Shown piece by piece: positions 1-11,579 of a stretch of DNA of 56,262 nucleotides. Where the stretch lies: NCBI GenBank assembly GCA_012730015.1, contig JAAYBT010000221.1:1-56262 (forward strand), in the 5' to 3' direction. The translations under genes and the position numbers were made by a program. The number at the start of each line of letters is the position of its first letter. Positions within the stretch are counted from its first letter, which is position 1. The stretch comes from Clostridiaceae bacterium. GTDB lineage: Bacteria > Bacillota > Clostridia > Acetivibrionales > DTU013. The notes below the pieces were generated by a model. That model made no database searches. It was not told the origin of the DNA and saw only the letters and a program-made list of their open reading frames with translations.

Positions 1-53
1 CGCAATGTATTGTGAAGCGGAACTCAAAACATGTAACATCGCAAAATGCCCAA

Positions 54-76
54 CACAGGGAAAACGTCACCCTGTG
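54..76 (-). repeat. REP-like hairpin CACAGGG-N9-CCCTGTG, 4 nt downstream of the rpoC stop codon; member of the TGACACAGGG repeat family and a possible terminator stem
   Basis: Plus strand has cacaggg (54-60), loop aaaacgtca, then ccctgtg (70-76). The minus strand reads GGCACAGGGTGACGTTTTCCCTGTGTTGGGCATTTTG. The same core occurs at 43589-43645 and 46214-46311. Confidence 0.6.
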
Positions 77-79
77 CCA

Positions 80-3000
80 TTACTCCGAAACCGTGCTTAT
101 TGTAATATCCTTATATCTGCTCATGCCCGTTCCAGCCGGAATCAGTTTACCAATTATCACGTTCTCCTTCAGTCCAACAAGTGGATCCACCTTGCCCTTG
201 ATAGCAGCTTCGGTCAATACTCTAGTGGTCTCCTGGAAGGAAGCCGCAGACAGGAATGATTCTGTAGCCAGTGAGGCTTTGGTAATGCCCAGCAAGGTGC
301 GTTTTCCCTTAGCTGGCCTCAAGCCCTCTGCTGTAACCCGTGCATTCTCTTCTTCGAAATCAAACATATCCACAAGTCCGCCGGGAAGCATGTTTGTATC
401 GCCTGCATCTTCAATCTTGACCTTCCTAAGCATTTGCCTGATGATTACTTCAATATGCTTATCATTAATATCAACGCCCTGCAATCTATACACTCTCTGA
501 ACTTCCTGGAGCAAGTAGGACTGAACTCCCTTAACGCCCTTGATCTTAAGAATGTCATGGGGATTGACTGAGCCTTCAGTAATTTCATCGCCCGCTTCTA
601 TTACATCATTGTCGGATACCTTCACTCTGGATCCGTAGGGGATCATATAGGTACGAGCCTCTCCGTCTTCAGTAGTTACAATGACTTCTCTCTTCTTCTT
701 TGTATCGCTGATTGTCACAGTACCTGCCACTTCTGAAATAACCGCAAGTCCCTTTGGCTTTCTGGCTTCAAAGAGCTCCTCAACACGCGGAAGACCCTGA
801 GTGATGTCCTCACCAGCAACACCGCCTGTGTGGAAGGTTCTCATAGTGAGCTGCGTACCCGGCTCACCAATGGACTGGGCAGCAATAATACCAACTGCTT
901 CTCCAACATTAACATCCTCATTTGTAGCAAGGTTTGCACCGTAGCACTTGGCGCATACACCATATTCAGAATGGCATGTAAGCATTGACCTGATTTTTAC
1001 CTTTTTAATGCCTGCCTTAACAACCCTTTCGGCCTCGTCATCAGTTATCTTCTTATCACCCTCTATGATGATTTCTCCGGTTTCAGGATTAACTATTGGC
1101 TCTACAGTATATCTGCCTACCAGTCTTTCCGCCAAACCTTCAATTATCTCGCTACCATCCTTGATGTCGCCTACTTCAATGCCCTTCCTGGTTCCGCAGT
1201 CCAGCTCTCTAACAATAACATCCTGACTAACATCAACCAGACGACGTGTAAGGTAACCCGAGTCAGCGGTTCTTAAGGCCGTATCTGCAAGACCTTTTCT
1301 TGCACCGTGAGTGGATATAAAGTATTCCAGAACGTTCAAGCCCTCACGGAAATTCGCTCTGATCGGAATCTCGAGCGTTCTTCCCGATGTATCAGCCATA
1401 AGTCCCCTCATACCTGACAGCTGCTTAATCTGACTGATGCTTCCTCTGGCCCCTGACTGGGACATCATAAATACAGGATTGAACTTATCCATTGAGTCCA
1501 ACAAAGCCTGGGTCAGGTTTTCACCGGTTTGCGTCCACGCCTGTATTACAGAGTTGTACCTTTCCTCCTCGGAAATAAGTCCTCTCTTGTACATCTTGGT
1601 GATGTTGTCAATTTTCTGTTCAGTCTCATCAATATAGGTCTTCTTTACACCAGGGATAATCATATCCGAAACGCTTACTGTGATGGCGCCCTTGGTCGAA
1701 TAGTTGAAGCCCAGGTCCTTGATTTTATCAAGTACAATAGCAGTGTGTGTTGTGCCATGCACCTTGATACATCTATCAATAATCTTTCCAAGCTCCTTCT
1801 TAGTAACCAAGCTGGATATCTCCAAATCAAATTGCTTCTCGGGATCTGTTCTATCGACAAAGCCCAAATCCTGAGGTATCGCATCGTTAAACAACAGTTT
1901 CCCAACAGTTGCATCAATAATCTTCGATTGAGGTTTGCCATCAATGGTCTTGGTAACTTTGATGTGTATCAGCGCGTGAAGCCCCACATAACCGTTCTCA
2001 TAAGCCATTACAGCCTCATTCAGAGACCCAAATATCTTGCCCTCACCAGGCTCACCCTCTCGGTCAATTGTGAGATAGTAGCAGCCCAGTACCATGTCCT
2101 GTGTCGGTACAGTAATAGGCTTCCCATCCTTCGGAGCAAGCAAATTGTTTGCAGAGAGCATCAAAAATCTGGCTTCCGCCTGTGCCTCTGCCGACAGCGG
2201 TACGTGAACAGCCATCTGGTCACCATCAAAGTCAGCATTATATGCGGTACACACCAGAGGATGAAGCTTCAATGCCTTACCCTCGACCAGTACAGGCTCA
2301 AAAGCCTGAATTCCTAGTCTGTGGAGCGTAGGTGCACGGTTTAATAGAACCGGGTGCTCCTTGATAACTTCCTCTAAAACATCCCAAACCTCAGGCTTGA
2401 CTCTTTCCACCATTCTCTTGGCACTCTTAATGTTATGCGCCAAGCCGTCATTTACAAGCTTCTTCATCACAAAGGGCTTGAACAGCTCCAGTGCCATTTC
2501 CTTAGGAAGACCACACTGGAATATTTTCAACTCCGGTCCCACAACAATTACAGATCGTCCGGAATAGTCAACACGTTTTCCCAGCAAATTTTGTCGGAAA
2601 CGTCCCTGCTTGCCTTTAAGCATATCTGAAAGCGACTTAAGAGGCCTGTTTCCAGGACCCGTTACAGGTCTTCCTCTCCTACCATTATCTATAAGAGCGT
2701 CTACAGCTTCCTGCAGCATTCTCTTCTCATTTCTTACGATAATATCAGGAGCACCCAAATCCAACAATCTCTTAAGACGGTTATTTCTGTTAATTACGCG
2801 CCTGTAGAGGTCATTAAGATCCGAGGTAGCAAATCTGCCACCATCCAGCTGCACCATAGGACGCAGCTCGGGCGGAATAACCGGTACCACGTCCAGAATC
2901 ATCCACTCAGGCATATTCCCTGAAAGTCTGAAGGCCTCTACCACCTCAAGCCTCTTTATAATCCTAATGCGCTTTTGCCCTGTAGCATCCTCGAGCTCGG

Positions 3001-3577
3001 CTCTCAGTTCCTTAGACTGCTTTTCCAGATCAATTTCCATCAGCAGCTCTCTTACAGCCTCTGCGCCCATACCGGCTTTAAAGCTATATCCGAACTTATC
3101 TACACTATCCCTGTACTCCTTCTCGGTCATGATCTGCTTCTTTGAAAGAGGCGTCTGTCCGGGATCAATAATGACATAGGAGGCAAAATACAGTATCTTC
3201 TCAAGTGCCCTCGGGGACATATCAAGTATAAGACCCATCCTACTGGGGATACCTTTGAAATACCATATGTGAGACACAGGGGCAGCCAGTTCAATATGGC
3301 CCATACGCTCTCGTCTTACCTTGGAGCGTGTTACTTCAACGCCGCATCTGTCACAAACGATACCTTTATATCTAATTCTTTTATACTTGCCGCAATGGCA
3401 TTCCCAGTCCTTTTGAGGTCCAAAGATCCTCTCGCAGAAAAGGCCGTCCCGTTCGGGCTTCAAGGTTCTGTAGTTAATTGTTTCAGGCTTCTTAACCTCT
3501 CCCCTTGACCATTCTCTGATTTTCTCCGGGGAAGCCAAACCAATTTTAATAGCATCAAAATTATTCATTTCAAACAT
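80..3577 (-). CDS. rpoC: DNA-directed RNA polymerase subunit beta'
   Basis: The ORF has the catalytic [15 protein letters not shown] motif and the N-terminal Zn finger [14 protein letters not shown]. The start is set to ATG 3577, 10 nt after the GGAGGGAG SD, because the GTG at 3583 abuts the SD. This gives [23 protein letters not shown]. Confidence 0.98.
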   Translation of the reverse strand: MFEMNNFDAIKIGLASPEKIREWSRGEVKKPETINYRTLKPERDGLFCERIFGPQKDWECHCGKYKRIRYKGIVCDRCGVEVTRSKVRRERMGHIELAAPVSHIWYFKGIPSRMGLILDMSPRALEKILYFASYVIIDPGQTPLSKKQIMTEKEYRDSVDKFGYSFKAGMGAEAVRELLMEIDLEKQSKELRAELEDATGQKRIRIIKRLEVVEAFRLSGNMPEWMILDVVPVIPPELRPMVQLDGGRFATSDLNDLYRRVINRNNRLKRLLDLGAPDIIVRNEKRMLQEAVDALIDNGRRGRPVTGPGNRPLKSLSDMLKGKQGRFRQNLLGKRVDYSGRSVIVVGPELKIFQCGLPKEMALELFKPFVMKKLVNDGLAHNIKSAKRMVERVKPEVWDVLEEVIKEHPVLLNRAPTLHRLGIQAFEPVLVEGKALKLHPLVCTAYNADFDGDQMAVHVPLSAEAQAEARFLMLSANNLLAPKDGKPITVPTQDMVLGCYYLTIDREGEPGEGKIFGSLNEAVMAYENGYVGLHALIHIKVTKTIDGKPQSKIIDATVGKLLFNDAIPQDLGFVDRTDPEKQFDLEISSLVTKKELGKIIDRCIKVHGTTHTAIVLDKIKDLGFNYSTKGAITVSVSDMIIPGVKKTYIDETEQKIDNITKMYKRGLISEEERYNSVIQAWTQTGENLTQALLDSMDKFNPVFMMSQSGARGSISQIKQLSGMRGLMADTSGRTLEIPIRANFREGLNVLEYFISTHGARKGLADTALRTADSGYLTRRLVDVSQDVIVRELDCGTRKGIEVGDIKDGSEIIEGLAERLVGRYTVEPIVNPETGEIIIEGDKKITDDEAERVVKAGIKKVKIRSMLTCHSEYGVCAKCYGANLATNEDVNVGEAVGIIAAQSIGEPGTQLTMRTFHTGGVAGEDITQGLPRVEELFEARKPKGLAVISEVAGTVTISDTKKKREVIVTTEDGEARTYMIPYGSRVKVSDNDVIEAGDEITEGSVNPHDILKIKGVKGVQSYLLQEVQRVYRLQGVDINDKHIEVIIRQMLRKVKIEDAGDTNMLPGGLVDMFDFEEENARVTAEGLRPAKGKRTLLGITKASLATESFLSAASFQETTRVLTEAAIKGKVDPLVGLKENVIIGKLIPAGTGMSRYKDITISTVSE

Positions 3578-3592
3578 GGCCACATCTCCCTC

Positions 3593-6500
3593 CTAAAAAT
3601 CCTCATCGTCCAGGTTTTCACCGAAATCCTCATCCTCGGAGAATAAGTCGTCTCCGAGAGTGACATCAATACTATCATCAGAGGATATGATCTCGCCGAT
3701 ATCAAAATCGTCAATATCTCCATCATCTATCAAATCATCTGTCAGGTCTTCATAATCGATTGCAGGCGTTTCATCCTCGCGCCCCTCAATGTTTACATTG
3801 AGCTCTTCCATATCGTCCTCTGCAGATTCCTTAATGGTGATTTCTTCACGCTCCTCAGAATACACCTTAACATCAAGGGCCAGACTCTGAAGCTCCTTAA
3901 TCAGTACCTTGAACGATTCTGGGATGCCCGGTTCAGGAATGTTTTCTCCCTTGACAATGGATTCATAGGTCTTAACTCTACCGACAACATCGTCAGACTT
4001 GACCGTTAGAATCTCCTGCAAGGTATATGAAGCTCCATATGCTTCGAGAGCCCAAACCTCCATCTCTCCAAACCTCTGTCCGCCAAACTGTGCCTTACCG
4101 CCAAGAGGCTGCTGTGTAACAAGAGAATAAGGTCCTGTTGAACGGGCATGTATCTTATCATCGACAAGATGCGCCAGCTTAAGTATATACATATAACCAA
4201 CCGTTACACGATTTTCAAAGGCTTCCCCTGTTCTTCCATCATAAAGTACGGATTTGCCATCCTCAGCCAGTCCAGCCTCTTGAAGCGTATCAACGATATC
4301 CTGCTCCATTGCGCCGTCAAATACGGGTGTCGCAATTTGCCATCCCAGTGCTTTTGCAGCATAGCCAAGATGAACCTCCAGTACCTGTCCTAAATTCATA
4401 CGCGAAGGAACACCGAGGGGATTTAACACAATCTCAAGGGGTGTGCCATCGGGAAGGAAGGGCATATCCTCTTCAGGAAGCACCCTGGAAATAACGCCCT
4501 TGTTACCGTGCCTTCCTGCCATCTTGTCTCCAACGGACACCTTTCTCTTCTGCGCAATATAACACCTAACCAGCTGATTGACTCCAGGCGGCAGCTCGTC
4601 GCCATTTTCTCTGGTAAATACCTTGACATCAACGATAATACCGGATTCTCCATGGGGAACTCTCAGCGAGGTATCTCTTACTTCTCTAGCCTTCTCGCCG
4701 AAGATAGCTCTCAATAGCCTTTCCTCAGCCGTCAATTCTGTTTCACCCTTTGGTGTAACCTTTCCTACCAGAATATCGCCGGCTCTGACCTCTGCACCAA
4801 TCCTGATAATACCTCTGTCATCAAGATCCTTAAGGGATTCTTCACTTACATTAGGTATATCACGGGTAATTTCCTCGGGGCCCAGCTTAGTGTCTCTGGC
4901 CTCCGCTTCATATTCTTCAATATGAATAGAGGTGAAAACATCATCCTCAACAAGCTTCTCGCTAATCAGGATAGCATCCTCGTAATTGTAACCTTCCCAG
5001 GTCATGAAGCCGATAAGGACGTTCTTTCCAAGAGCGATCTCACCCTTATCAGTAGACGGACCGTCGGCAATAACATCGCCTGCCTTAAGAACATCGCCTC
5101 TCTTAACTAAAGGTCTTTGATTTATACAGGTGCCCTGGTTGGACCTGGTGTATTTTAAAAGCTTGTAGTGTTCCTTTTTCCCGCCCTTTGTGCGTACAAC
5201 TATCTCATCCGCCGAAACCTTATCAACTGTGCCCGCACTACGCGCAAGCACTACTGTTCCAGAATCCTTAGCGGCTTTGTATTCGATACCCGTCCCTATG
5301 ATTGGAGCTTGCGGCTTAATCAATGGCACCGCCTGACGCTGCATGTTTGAACCCATCAAAGCACGGTTTGCGTCATCATTCTCAAGGAAAGGAATCATAG
5401 CCGTCGCAACAGAAACCAGCTGCTTGGGCGATACATCCATGTAATCCACGCGATCGCTCTCGACCTCAAGGATATCATCCTTGTATCTGCACAAAACCTT
5501 CTTGTCTTTGAATCTGTTATCCCCGTCCAGCGCCTCGTTGGCCTGAGCTATGATGAATAAATCCTCCTCATCCGCTGTAAGATAATCAATCGTATCTGAA
5601 ACTACTCCCTTAGTCTTGTCAATTCTTCTGTAGGGTGCTTCAATAAAGCCATATTCATTGATTCGAGCATAAGTGCTCAAGGATCCTATCAATCCAATGT
5701 TTGGGCCTTCAGGTGTCTCAATTGGACACATGCGGCCATAATGGGAATAGTGGACGTCACGCACCTCAAAGCTAGCTCTCTCTCTGCTAAGGCCTCCGGG
5801 TCCCAATGCGCTCAGGCGCCTCTTGTGGGTCAGCTCTGCAAGTGGATTGGTCTGATCCATGAACTGAGACAGCTGGCTGCTTCCGAAAAATTCCTTAATC
5901 GAAGCCGCTACGGGTCTGATATTAATCAATGCCTGAGGCGTAACAATGTCAATATCCTGAATGGTCATTCTTTCCCTAACCACTCTTTCCATTCTTGATA
6001 GACCTATTCTAAACTGGTTTTGCAGAAGCTCACCAACGCAGCGTAGCCTTCTGTTTCCAAGATGATCTATATCGTCATCGGAGCCTATGTCATAGTTTAG
6101 ATGGATAAGGTAGTTAATGGAGGCAATAATATCTTCGACTGTAATGTGCTTCGGTACAAGCTTATCCACATTATCTAAAATTGCCTTCTTCAAATCCTTC
6201 TCCGACTCGTTCTCCTCCATGAGCTTTTTCAGAGGTCCCAAACAGACCTTCTCCGTAATACCCATATCAGATGTATCAAAGCCTACGAAGGCTCCAAGAT
6301 CCACCGTACCATTACCAATTACTCTGACCTTTTTACCTTCAATATTAAGATAGATAGAATTTATCCCTGCATTCTGAATCTCTTTGGCTTTCTCTCTATC
6401 TATTACTTCATCTTCTTCGATAATGATTTCACCGGTTTCGGGATTAATTATCTTTTCTGCAGACCTGTGCCCCATTATTCTCGAAGAAATAGAAAGCTTC

Positions 6501-7330
6501 TTATTAAACTTAAACCTTCCGAACTTTGCAAGATCATATCTCTTAGGATCAAAGAACAAATTGTTCAAAAGTGTCGTGGCACTCTCAACTGTCGGCGGTT
6601 CACCGGGTCTGAGTCTTTTATAAATCTCAATCAGGCCCTCATCAGTCGTCTTGGCATTGTCCTTTTGTATCGTTGCCAAAATTCTGTCATCTTCACCGAG
6701 CAATTCTGAAATAGCTAAATCCGTTCCGTACCCGAGCGCACGAAGTATGACGGTAATAGGCAGCTTTCTGGTCCTGTCTATCCTGACATACATAACATCA
6801 TTTGAATCGGTCTCGTATTCCAGCCATGCACCACGATTAGGAATTACTGTAGCAGAATAGAGATTCTTACCTGTTTTGTCCAGCTTCCTTGAGAAGTAAA
6901 TTCCGGGAGACCTGACCAACTGACTGACAACAACCCTCTCGGCACCATTAATAACAAAGGTACCATTCTCAGTCATCAGAGGAAAATCACCCATAAATAT
7001 TTCCTGTTCCTTCACCTCGCCGGTTTCCTTATTAATCAGACGAACCTTAACCTTCAGAGGCGCGGAGTATGTAGTATCTCTTTCCTTGCATTCCTCAACA
7101 CTGTACTTTGGGTTATCATCCTCGAGCTTATAATCCGGAAACTCCAGTATCAGGTTGCCAGTATAATCCTGGATCGGCGACACGTCCCTAAATACTTCTC
7201 TAAGACCTTCTTCCAGAAACCACCTGTAAGAGTTCTTCTGCACCTCAATTAGATTGGGCATCTCCAGGGCTTCATTTATTCTGGAGTAGCTCATCCTTGT
7301 ATTTCGGCCCAGTTGTACGGGATGTACCAT
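3593..7330 (-). CDS. rpoB: DNA-directed RNA polymerase subunit beta
   Basis: 1245-aa ORF with [32 protein letters not shown] and the rif-cluster region [17 protein letters not shown]. It has an acidic C-terminal tail of about 85 aa. The SD is GAGGTGA. Confidence 0.98.
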   Translation of the reverse strand: MVHPVQLGRNTRMSYSRINEALEMPNLIEVQKNSYRWFLEEGLREVFRDVSPIQDYTGNLILEFPDYKLEDDNPKYSVEECKERDTTYSAPLKVKVRLINKETGEVKEQEIFMGDFPLMTENGTFVINGAERVVVSQLVRSPGIYFSRKLDKTGKNLYSATVIPNRGAWLEYETDSNDVMYVRIDRTRKLPITVILRALGYGTDLAISELLGEDDRILATIQKDNAKTTDEGLIEIYKRLRPGEPPTVESATTLLNNLFFDPKRYDLAKFGRFKFNKKLSISSRIMGHRSAEKIINPETGEIIIEEDEVIDREKAKEIQNAGINSIYLNIEGKKVRVIGNGTVDLGAFVGFDTSDMGITEKVCLGPLKKLMEENESEKDLKKAILDNVDKLVPKHITVEDIIASINYLIHLNYDIGSDDDIDHLGNRRLRCVGELLQNQFRIGLSRMERVVRERMTIQDIDIVTPQALINIRPVAASIKEFFGSSQLSQFMDQTNPLAELTHKRRLSALGPGGLSRERASFEVRDVHYSHYGRMCPIETPEGPNIGLIGSLSTYARINEYGFIEAPYRRIDKTKGVVSDTIDYLTADEEDLFIIAQANEALDGDNRFKDKKVLCRYKDDILEVESDRVDYMDVSPKQLVSVATAMIPFLENDDANRALMGSNMQRQAVPLIKPQAPIIGTGIEYKAAKDSGTVVLARSAGTVDKVSADEIVVRTKGGKKEHYKLLKYTRSNQGTCINQRPLVKRGDVLKAGDVIADGPSTDKGEIALGKNVLIGFMTWEGYNYEDAILISEKLVEDDVFTSIHIEEYEAEARDTKLGPEEITRDIPNVSEESLKDLDDRGIIRIGAEVRAGDILVGKVTPKGETELTAEERLLRAIFGEKAREVRDTSLRVPHGESGIIVDVKVFTRENGDELPPGVNQLVRCYIAQKRKVSVGDKMAGRHGNKGVISRVLPEEDMPFLPDGTPLEIVLNPLGVPSRMNLGQVLEVHLGYAAKALGWQIATPVFDGAMEQDIVDTLQEAGLAEDGKSVLYDGRTGEAFENRVTVGYMYILKLAHLVDDKIHARSTGPYSLVTQQPLGGKAQFGGQRFGEMEVWALEAYGASYTLQEILTVKSDDVVGRVKTYESIVKGENIPEPGIPESFKVLIKELQSLALDVKVYSEEREEITIKESAEDDMEELNVNIEGREDETPAIDYEDLTDDLIDDGDIDDFDIGEIISSDDSIDVTLGDDLFSEDEDFGENLDDEDF

Positions 7331-7716
7331 TAAAAATCACCTCATAAATTATGATTTGTTGTAAATCGAACATCACTTTCCAGGTTTTTGCCATGCTTTT
7401 TTTCAAAAATCAAGACTGCATATCAAAAACCTCACTTGAAAGGCTTGCATTCATGCAATCCAACCGGATCACCGGCCGTATCCGTACAAAACTCGTCCGA
7501 AACACCGGTGTATATTTTAAAGCTTTTAGTAGTATTATTAAAAGCTTTTGGGGCTAATCCACGCTGGCAATCTTACCATAAAATTGCCTAAACAACCATT
7601 AATTAATTATTAACAATTCTTGTCTAATTTATTCTCCTGTGCTATAATCGTTCTGTGAAGAAATCAGTCTGTAAAAATGCAAAAATTATCACATTTCAAT
7701 TATAACGCAGTTTATA

Positions 7717-7745
7717 ATTCTAACACATCGTTGTCAACTTGTCAA
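7717..7745 (-). promoter_or_regulatory. Candidate sigma-A promoter for rpoBC (TTGACA-17-TAGAAT), with a second overlapping TTGACA box
   Basis: The minus strand reads cgTTGACAagTTGACAacgatgtgtTAGAATtataaa. The -35 is at 7740-7745 and the -10 at 7717-7722. This implies an rpoB leader of about 380 nt. Confidence 0.5.
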
Positions 7746-7820
7746 CGTAATATTTGTGCTGTATTTTTCGTAATTTCCAAAGTTTTTTTGGGCAGTTTTT
7801 TAAGGGATTCCAATAATGGA

Positions 7821-7865
7821 CAAAAATAAATCCAGTGAACAACTTTTTGCGGTCATCCACTGGAT
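7821..7865 (-). terminator. Rho-independent terminator/attenuator after rplL
   Basis: The minus strand reads ATCCAGTG-N20-CACTGGAT followed by TTATTTTTG. The stems are at 7858-7865 and 7830-7837. Confidence 0.7.
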
Positions 7866-7911
7866 AAATTAGCTTTCCCATCTATTCTCAAGCTGAGGTG
7901 GGTAAGTTGAA

Positions 7912-8298
7912 TTACTTGATTTCTACTGTAGCGCCAACTTCCTTAAACTTCTCCTGAATCGAAGTAGCTTCTTCCTTGCTGACATTTTCCTTAACAGTCT
8001 TAGGAGCTCCGTCAACCAGATCCTTAGCTTCTTTCAGCCCAAGAGCTGTGATTTCTCTAACTACCTTAATAACCTTAATCTTCTCTGCGCCAACGTCCTT
8101 GAGAACTACATCAAATTCAGTCTTTTCTTCCTCTGCAGGTGCTGCTGCTCCGCCCGCTGCCGGTGCTGCTGCTACTGCTACAGGGGCTGCTGCTGATACG
8201 CCAAACTCTTCTTCGAGAGCCTTAACGAGATCTGCAAGCTCCAATACTGTCAATTCCTTTACTTCCTCGATTAACTTTACAACTTTATCACTAGCCAT
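7912..8298 (-). CDS. rplL: 50S ribosomal protein L7/L12
   Basis: 128 aa with an Ala/Pro hinge [23 protein letters not shown] and C-terminal [14 protein letters not shown]. The SD GGAGGT lies upstream. Confidence 0.97.
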   Translation of the reverse strand: MASDKVVKLIEEVKELTVLELADLVKALEEEFGVSAAAPVAVAAAPAAGGAAAPAEEEKTEFDVVLKDVGAEKIKVIKVVREITALGLKEAKDLVDGAPKTVKENVSKEEATSIQEKFKEVGATVEIK

Positions 8299-8350
8299 TT
8301 TAAAATACCTCCATAATTTTTGTTTAATTTAAATTTTAACTACTAATATG

Positions 8351-8893
8351 CTAAGCATTCGCTGCTTTTGCTTTCTGTTCTGCTATTGCGTTAAGTGCAA
8401 CTACCAAGCCTCTAATGTTCCCATTGAGAACATTGACCAGCCCGGATATCGGCGCATTAAGACCACCAAGCACTCTGGCAAGAAGCACTTCCTTCGACGG
8501 CAGCTCGGCCAAAGCCTTCATACCGTTCACATCAATAATCCTACCTTCCACAACACCTACCTTGAGCTCAAGCTTGTTGTTTTTCTTGGCAAACTCACAC
8601 AATATCTTAGCAGGTGCTACAGGATCACTTTCACTTGAAGCCATCGCTGTCGGTCCATTGAAGAACTCGTCAAGACCATCGAGCCCATTCTCCCTAGCCG
8701 CGAATCTGGTAAGCGTGTTTTTTACAACCTTATACTCAACACCTGCATTCCTAAGCTCGCTTCGAAGCTGAGTGTCCTGCTCGACAGTCAATCCTCTGTA
8801 ATCAGCAAAAACAATGGCCTTCGCTGCTTTCATCTTGCTACTGATAGTATTAACAACTTCTTGTTTCTGTTTTATAGTGTTTTCCTTGGGCAA
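8351..8893 (-). CDS. rplJ: 50S ribosomal protein L10
   Basis: The gene sits directly upstream of rplL. The ORF-track start at 8920 is replaced by TTG 8893, 6 nt after the SD GGAGGTG (8900-8906), giving MPKENTIKQKQEVV. Confidence 0.93.
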   Translation of the reverse strand: MPKENTIKQKQEVVNTISSKMKAAKAIVFADYRGLTVEQDTQLRSELRNAGVEYKVVKNTLTRFAARENGLDGLDEFFNGPTAMASSESDPVAPAKILCEFAKKNNKLELKVGVVEGRIIDVNGMKALAELPSKEVLLARVLGGLNAPISGLVNVLNGNIRGLVVALNAIAEQKAKAANA

Positions 8894-9128
8894 ATCTCCC
8901 ACCTCCTCTTTATATATCATAATAATGAAAAACCCTTGTATCTACATGCAGCAGACATCAAGGGTTATGATCTTTATCTAAATCAATTCATCCTCGGCGG
9001 GCCGGCTTTCGCCTGTTATGCACTGGGCACCTGCTGTCTGCGGTATGTTACATATTCAGTTACGACTGTTCGAACAGCCAAAATCTATATTACAGCATTA
9101 TTCACTGCTTGTAAAGCAAAATCCCAAA
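8894..9128 (-). promoter_or_regulatory. Ribosomal protein L10 leader (cis-regulatory RNA) with a 3' attenuator hairpin
   Basis: A 235-nt ORF-free GC-rich leader lies between rplA and rplJ. The hairpin CCCTTG(8960-8965)...CAAGGG(8934-8939) is followed by TTTTTC just before the rplJ SD. The L10-leader family call rests on position only. Confidence 0.55.
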
Positions 9129-9824
9129 CTAATCGGTTACCTTGGCAGGATTTACCTTAATACCAGGGCCCATAGTAGTTGTAACAACTACGCTTTTGAG
9201 GTACTGACCCTTTGCAGCAGCCGGCTTAGCCTTGACAATTGCACTCATAAGAGTGCGGAAGTTGTCATTGAGCTTATCCAGATCAAAGGATACCTTTCCA
9301 ATCGGGCAGTGAATAATATTTGTCTTATCCAGCCTATACTCTATCTTACCGGCTTTTATGTCTGCGATTGCCTTTTCAACATCCATTGTAACTGTACCTG
9401 CCTTGGGGTTTGGCATAAGCCCCTTTGGTCCAAGCACCTTACCAAGTCTACCTACAACACCCATCATATCAGGCGTAGCTACAACCACATCAAAATCAAA
9501 CCAGTTCTCATTCTGAATCTTTGCAACAAGGTCTTCCGCTCCTACATAATCTGCTCCACCCTGTTCCGCTTCCTTTGCTTTGTCGCCCTTTGCAAACACA
9601 AGCACTCTAACAGTTTTACCGGTGCCATGTGGAAGAACAACTGCGCCTCTGACCTGCTGGTCAGCATGTCTTGAGTCAACGCCAAGTCTGATGTGTGCTT
9701 CAACGGTCTCGTCAAACTTAGCCTTGGCGGTCTTCTTAGCAAGATCCAGAGCCTGTGCCGGATCATATAATGCAGTCTTGTCAACGAGCTTAGCGCTCTC
9801 GAGATATTTCTTTCCTCTCTTCAC
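9129..9824 (-). CDS. rplA: 50S ribosomal protein L1
   Basis: L1-like sequence (KRGKKY..., [20 protein letters not shown]). The start is moved to GTG 9824, behind the SD AAGGAGAGG, because the GTG at 9842 lies inside the SD. Confidence 0.95.
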   Translation of the reverse strand: MKRGKKYLESAKLVDKTALYDPAQALDLAKKTAKAKFDETVEAHIRLGVDSRHADQQVRGAVVLPHGTGKTVRVLVFAKGDKAKEAEQGGADYVGAEDLVAKIQNENWFDFDVVVATPDMMGVVGRLGKVLGPKGLMPNPKAGTVTMDVEKAIADIKAGKIEYRLDKTNIIHCPIGKVSFDLDKLNDNFRTLMSAIVKAKPAAAKGQYLKSVVVTTTMGPGIKVNPAKVTD

Positions 9825-9923
9825 TATTATCCTCTCCTTCACGGCGATTTCGCATTGCGAAAACGCTTATGTGGTAATATTTTTCGGAAACTAAGTTCCT
9901 CCCACTTCTTGCTTACCTTCTGC

Positions 9924-10349
9924 TTACTCCTCCACCGTAATGCCCATGCTTCTGGCTGTACCGGCGATTATTCTGGCTGCTGAATCGATATTAGCTGCAT
10001 TAAGGTCAGGCATTTTAATCTCGGCTATTTTCTTAACCTCTGCCATCTTAATCTTTGCTACCTTCTCGCTGTTCGGCTTACCGGAACCGCTTTCGATTTT
10101 GCAGGCCTTCTTTAAAAGTACTGCCGCCGGAGGAGTTTTTGTTATAAAGGAAAAAGATCTGTCACCATAAACGGTGATAATGACAGGAATGATCAATCCC
10201 GCATCTTTAGCAGTTCTCTCATTAAACTCCTTGCAAAATCCCATGATGTTTACACCATGCTGTCCTAAAGCTGGTCCAACCGGTGGAGCCGGAGTTGCCT
10301 TCCCCGCAGGAATCTGAAGCTTAATATAACCCGTAATTTTTTTAGCCAT
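9924..10349 (-). CDS. rplK: 50S ribosomal protein L11
   Basis: Contains [23 protein letters not shown]. The start is moved to ATG 10349 ([13 protein letters not shown]), 9 nt after GGAGGTG. Confidence 0.96.
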   Translation of the reverse strand: MAKKITGYIKLQIPAGKATPAPPVGPALGQHGVNIMGFCKEFNERTAKDAGLIIPVIITVYGDRSFSFITKTPPAAVLLKKACKIESGSGKPNSEKVAKIKMAEVKKIAEIKMPDLNAANIDSAARIIAGTARSMGITVEE

Positions 10350-10417
10350 GGCTTTCATCCACCTCCCAATTCTTTTCATGAACCGTAATAATTTACGCTT
10401 CTTACCTTACTGCCTTT

Positions 10418-10439
10418 ATAGAAAGAGGCCCCTGGGCCT
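10418..10439 (-). terminator. Short hairpin plus U-rich tract between nusG and rplK (weak terminator/attenuator)
   Basis: The minus strand reads AGGCC-CAGG-GGCCT followed by CTTTCTAT. Confidence 0.35.
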
Positions 10440-10452
10440 TCTACCTATCAAA

Positions 10453-10986
10453 CTATAACTTCTGTATCTGTGTCAGCTCCAGTTCAACCGGAGTTTCTCT
10501 TCCAAACATGGAAACTGCAACCCTTACCTTCTTCTTCTCCATATTGATATCCTCAACAATACCGATGAAGTTTTCAAGAGGGCCGCTAATAACTCTCACA
10601 TTGTCATTCACTTCATAATCAAGCATAGGTGCAAACTCTTCAACACCCATTGTTCTTACTTCTTCGTCTGTCAGCGGCACGGGCTTTGAACCCGGACCCA
10701 CAAAGCCGGTTACGCCTCTGGTATTCCTAACAACATACCAGGATTCATCCGTCATGACCATTTTAACCAGAACATAGCCGGGAAATACTTTCCTTAGAGT
10801 GGCTTTTTTCTTGCCATCCTTTATTTCGATCTGTTCTTCCATCGGTACAACAATATCCAGAATATGCTCATGCATGCTTCTGTTTTCAACTATCTTTTCC
10901 AGATTGGCCTTTACTTTGTTTTCATAGCCGGAATATGTATGCACTACATACCATTTGGCTATTTCTGGCATTTCATTTACAACCAT
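10453..10986 (-). CDS. nusG: Transcription termination/antitermination factor NusG
   Basis: Contains KWYVVHTYSGYENKV, PGYVLV and the KOW region FGRETPVELE. It occupies the conserved secE-nusG-rplK position. Confidence 0.96.
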   Translation of the reverse strand: MVVNEMPEIAKWYVVHTYSGYENKVKANLEKIVENRSMHEHILDIVVPMEEQIEIKDGKKKATLRKVFPGYVLVKMVMTDESWYVVRNTRGVTGFVGPGSKPVPLTDEEVRTMGVEEFAPMLDYEVNDNVRVISGPLENFIGIVEDINMEKKKVRVAVSMFGRETPVELELTQIQKL

Positions 10987-11007
10987 TGTGTATTATGTCC
11001 TCCTTCA

Positions 11008-11232
11008 TCATTTCCTCAGAGTCCATGCAACTAACTGCCCAAAAGCTAAGTCAGAGACCCAAACCACTGCACCGAGAAGAAGACAAATAAGCAGCACTGA
11101 TATTGTGCTATTAATTAGCTGTTTTCTTGAAGGCCAGATAACCTTCTTCAATTCCGTCCTGATATCCTTGAAAAACTTGACGAATTTATTCTTGAAATTG
11201 GTCAGTTTAGATGTTTTTGCATTTTCAGCCAT
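11008..11232 (-). CDS. secE: Preprotein translocase subunit SecE
   Basis: Small protein with a single C-terminal TM segment and KFFKDIRTELKKVIWPSRKQ. The start is moved to ATG 11232, 7 nt after GGAGGT. Confidence 0.9.
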   Translation of the reverse strand: MAENAKTSKLTNFKNKFVKFFKDIRTELKKVIWPSRKQLINSTISVLLICLLLGAVVWVSDLAFGQLVAWTLRK

Positions 11233-11251
11233 CACTCGTACCTCCACTAAC

Positions 11252-11401
11252 TTATTTTGTTTCCTTGTGTAACGTATGCTTGTGGCAGAACTTGCAGTAT
11301 TTCTTCATTTCAATCCTGTCAGGATCGTTCTTCTTGTTCTTCTTTGTGCTGTAGTTTCTCTGCTTGCAATCTGCACATGCCATTATAATTTTAACTCTCA
11401 T
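11252..11401 (-). CDS. rpmG: 50S ribosomal protein L33
   Basis: 49 aa, [17 protein letters not shown]...[14 protein letters not shown], with two CxxC pairs. The start is ATG 11401, 8 nt after GGAGGTG. Confidence 0.93.
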   Translation of the reverse strand: MRVKIIMACADCKQRNYSTKKNKKNDPDRIEMKKYCKFCHKHTLHKETK

Positions 11402-11579
11402 TTTGCAACACCTCCAGCCCCTTTTTCTTTTAGGGTGCACAGCCTATTGGTTCATATTCCTGTTTTTCAGCTACAATAGTTGATAGCAAAAAAAAAGACC
11501 TCCAAGACGGAGCAATAAATAATTTATCATATAATAAACTCATTGTCAAGAACTATCTAGAGGATGCTTTTTGCGAGTA

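Noticed and set aside
1529-2317. A 262-aa plus-strand ORF, and many other 60-120-aa plus-strand ORFs, inside rpoC and rpoB
   Set aside because: They lie entirely antisense to strongly supported rpoC and rpoB reading frames. Their translations are low-complexity with no RBS and no recognisable motif, so they are typical shadow ORFs.
3593-3850. An ~85-aa Asp/Glu-rich C-terminal extension of RpoB, as a possible novel domain
   Set aside because: To my knowledge, acidic C-terminal tails of comparable length are common in clostridial RpoB proteins. It is low-complexity and probably lineage-typical rather than novel.
7351-7591. Two overlapping plus-strand ORFs (68 and 67 aa) in the rplL-rpoB spacer
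   Set aside because: They have no SD, overlap each other in different frames, are oriented opposite to every other gene, and lie inside the predicted rpoB leader. They are more likely non-coding.
7620-7648. A plus-strand TTGTCT-17-TGCTATAAT promoter-like match, as a confident antisense promoter feature
   Set aside because: The spacer is AT-rich, so hexamer matches arise by chance. No downstream plus-strand gene or structured RNA could be identified. It is mentioned only as a possibility under the spacer finding.
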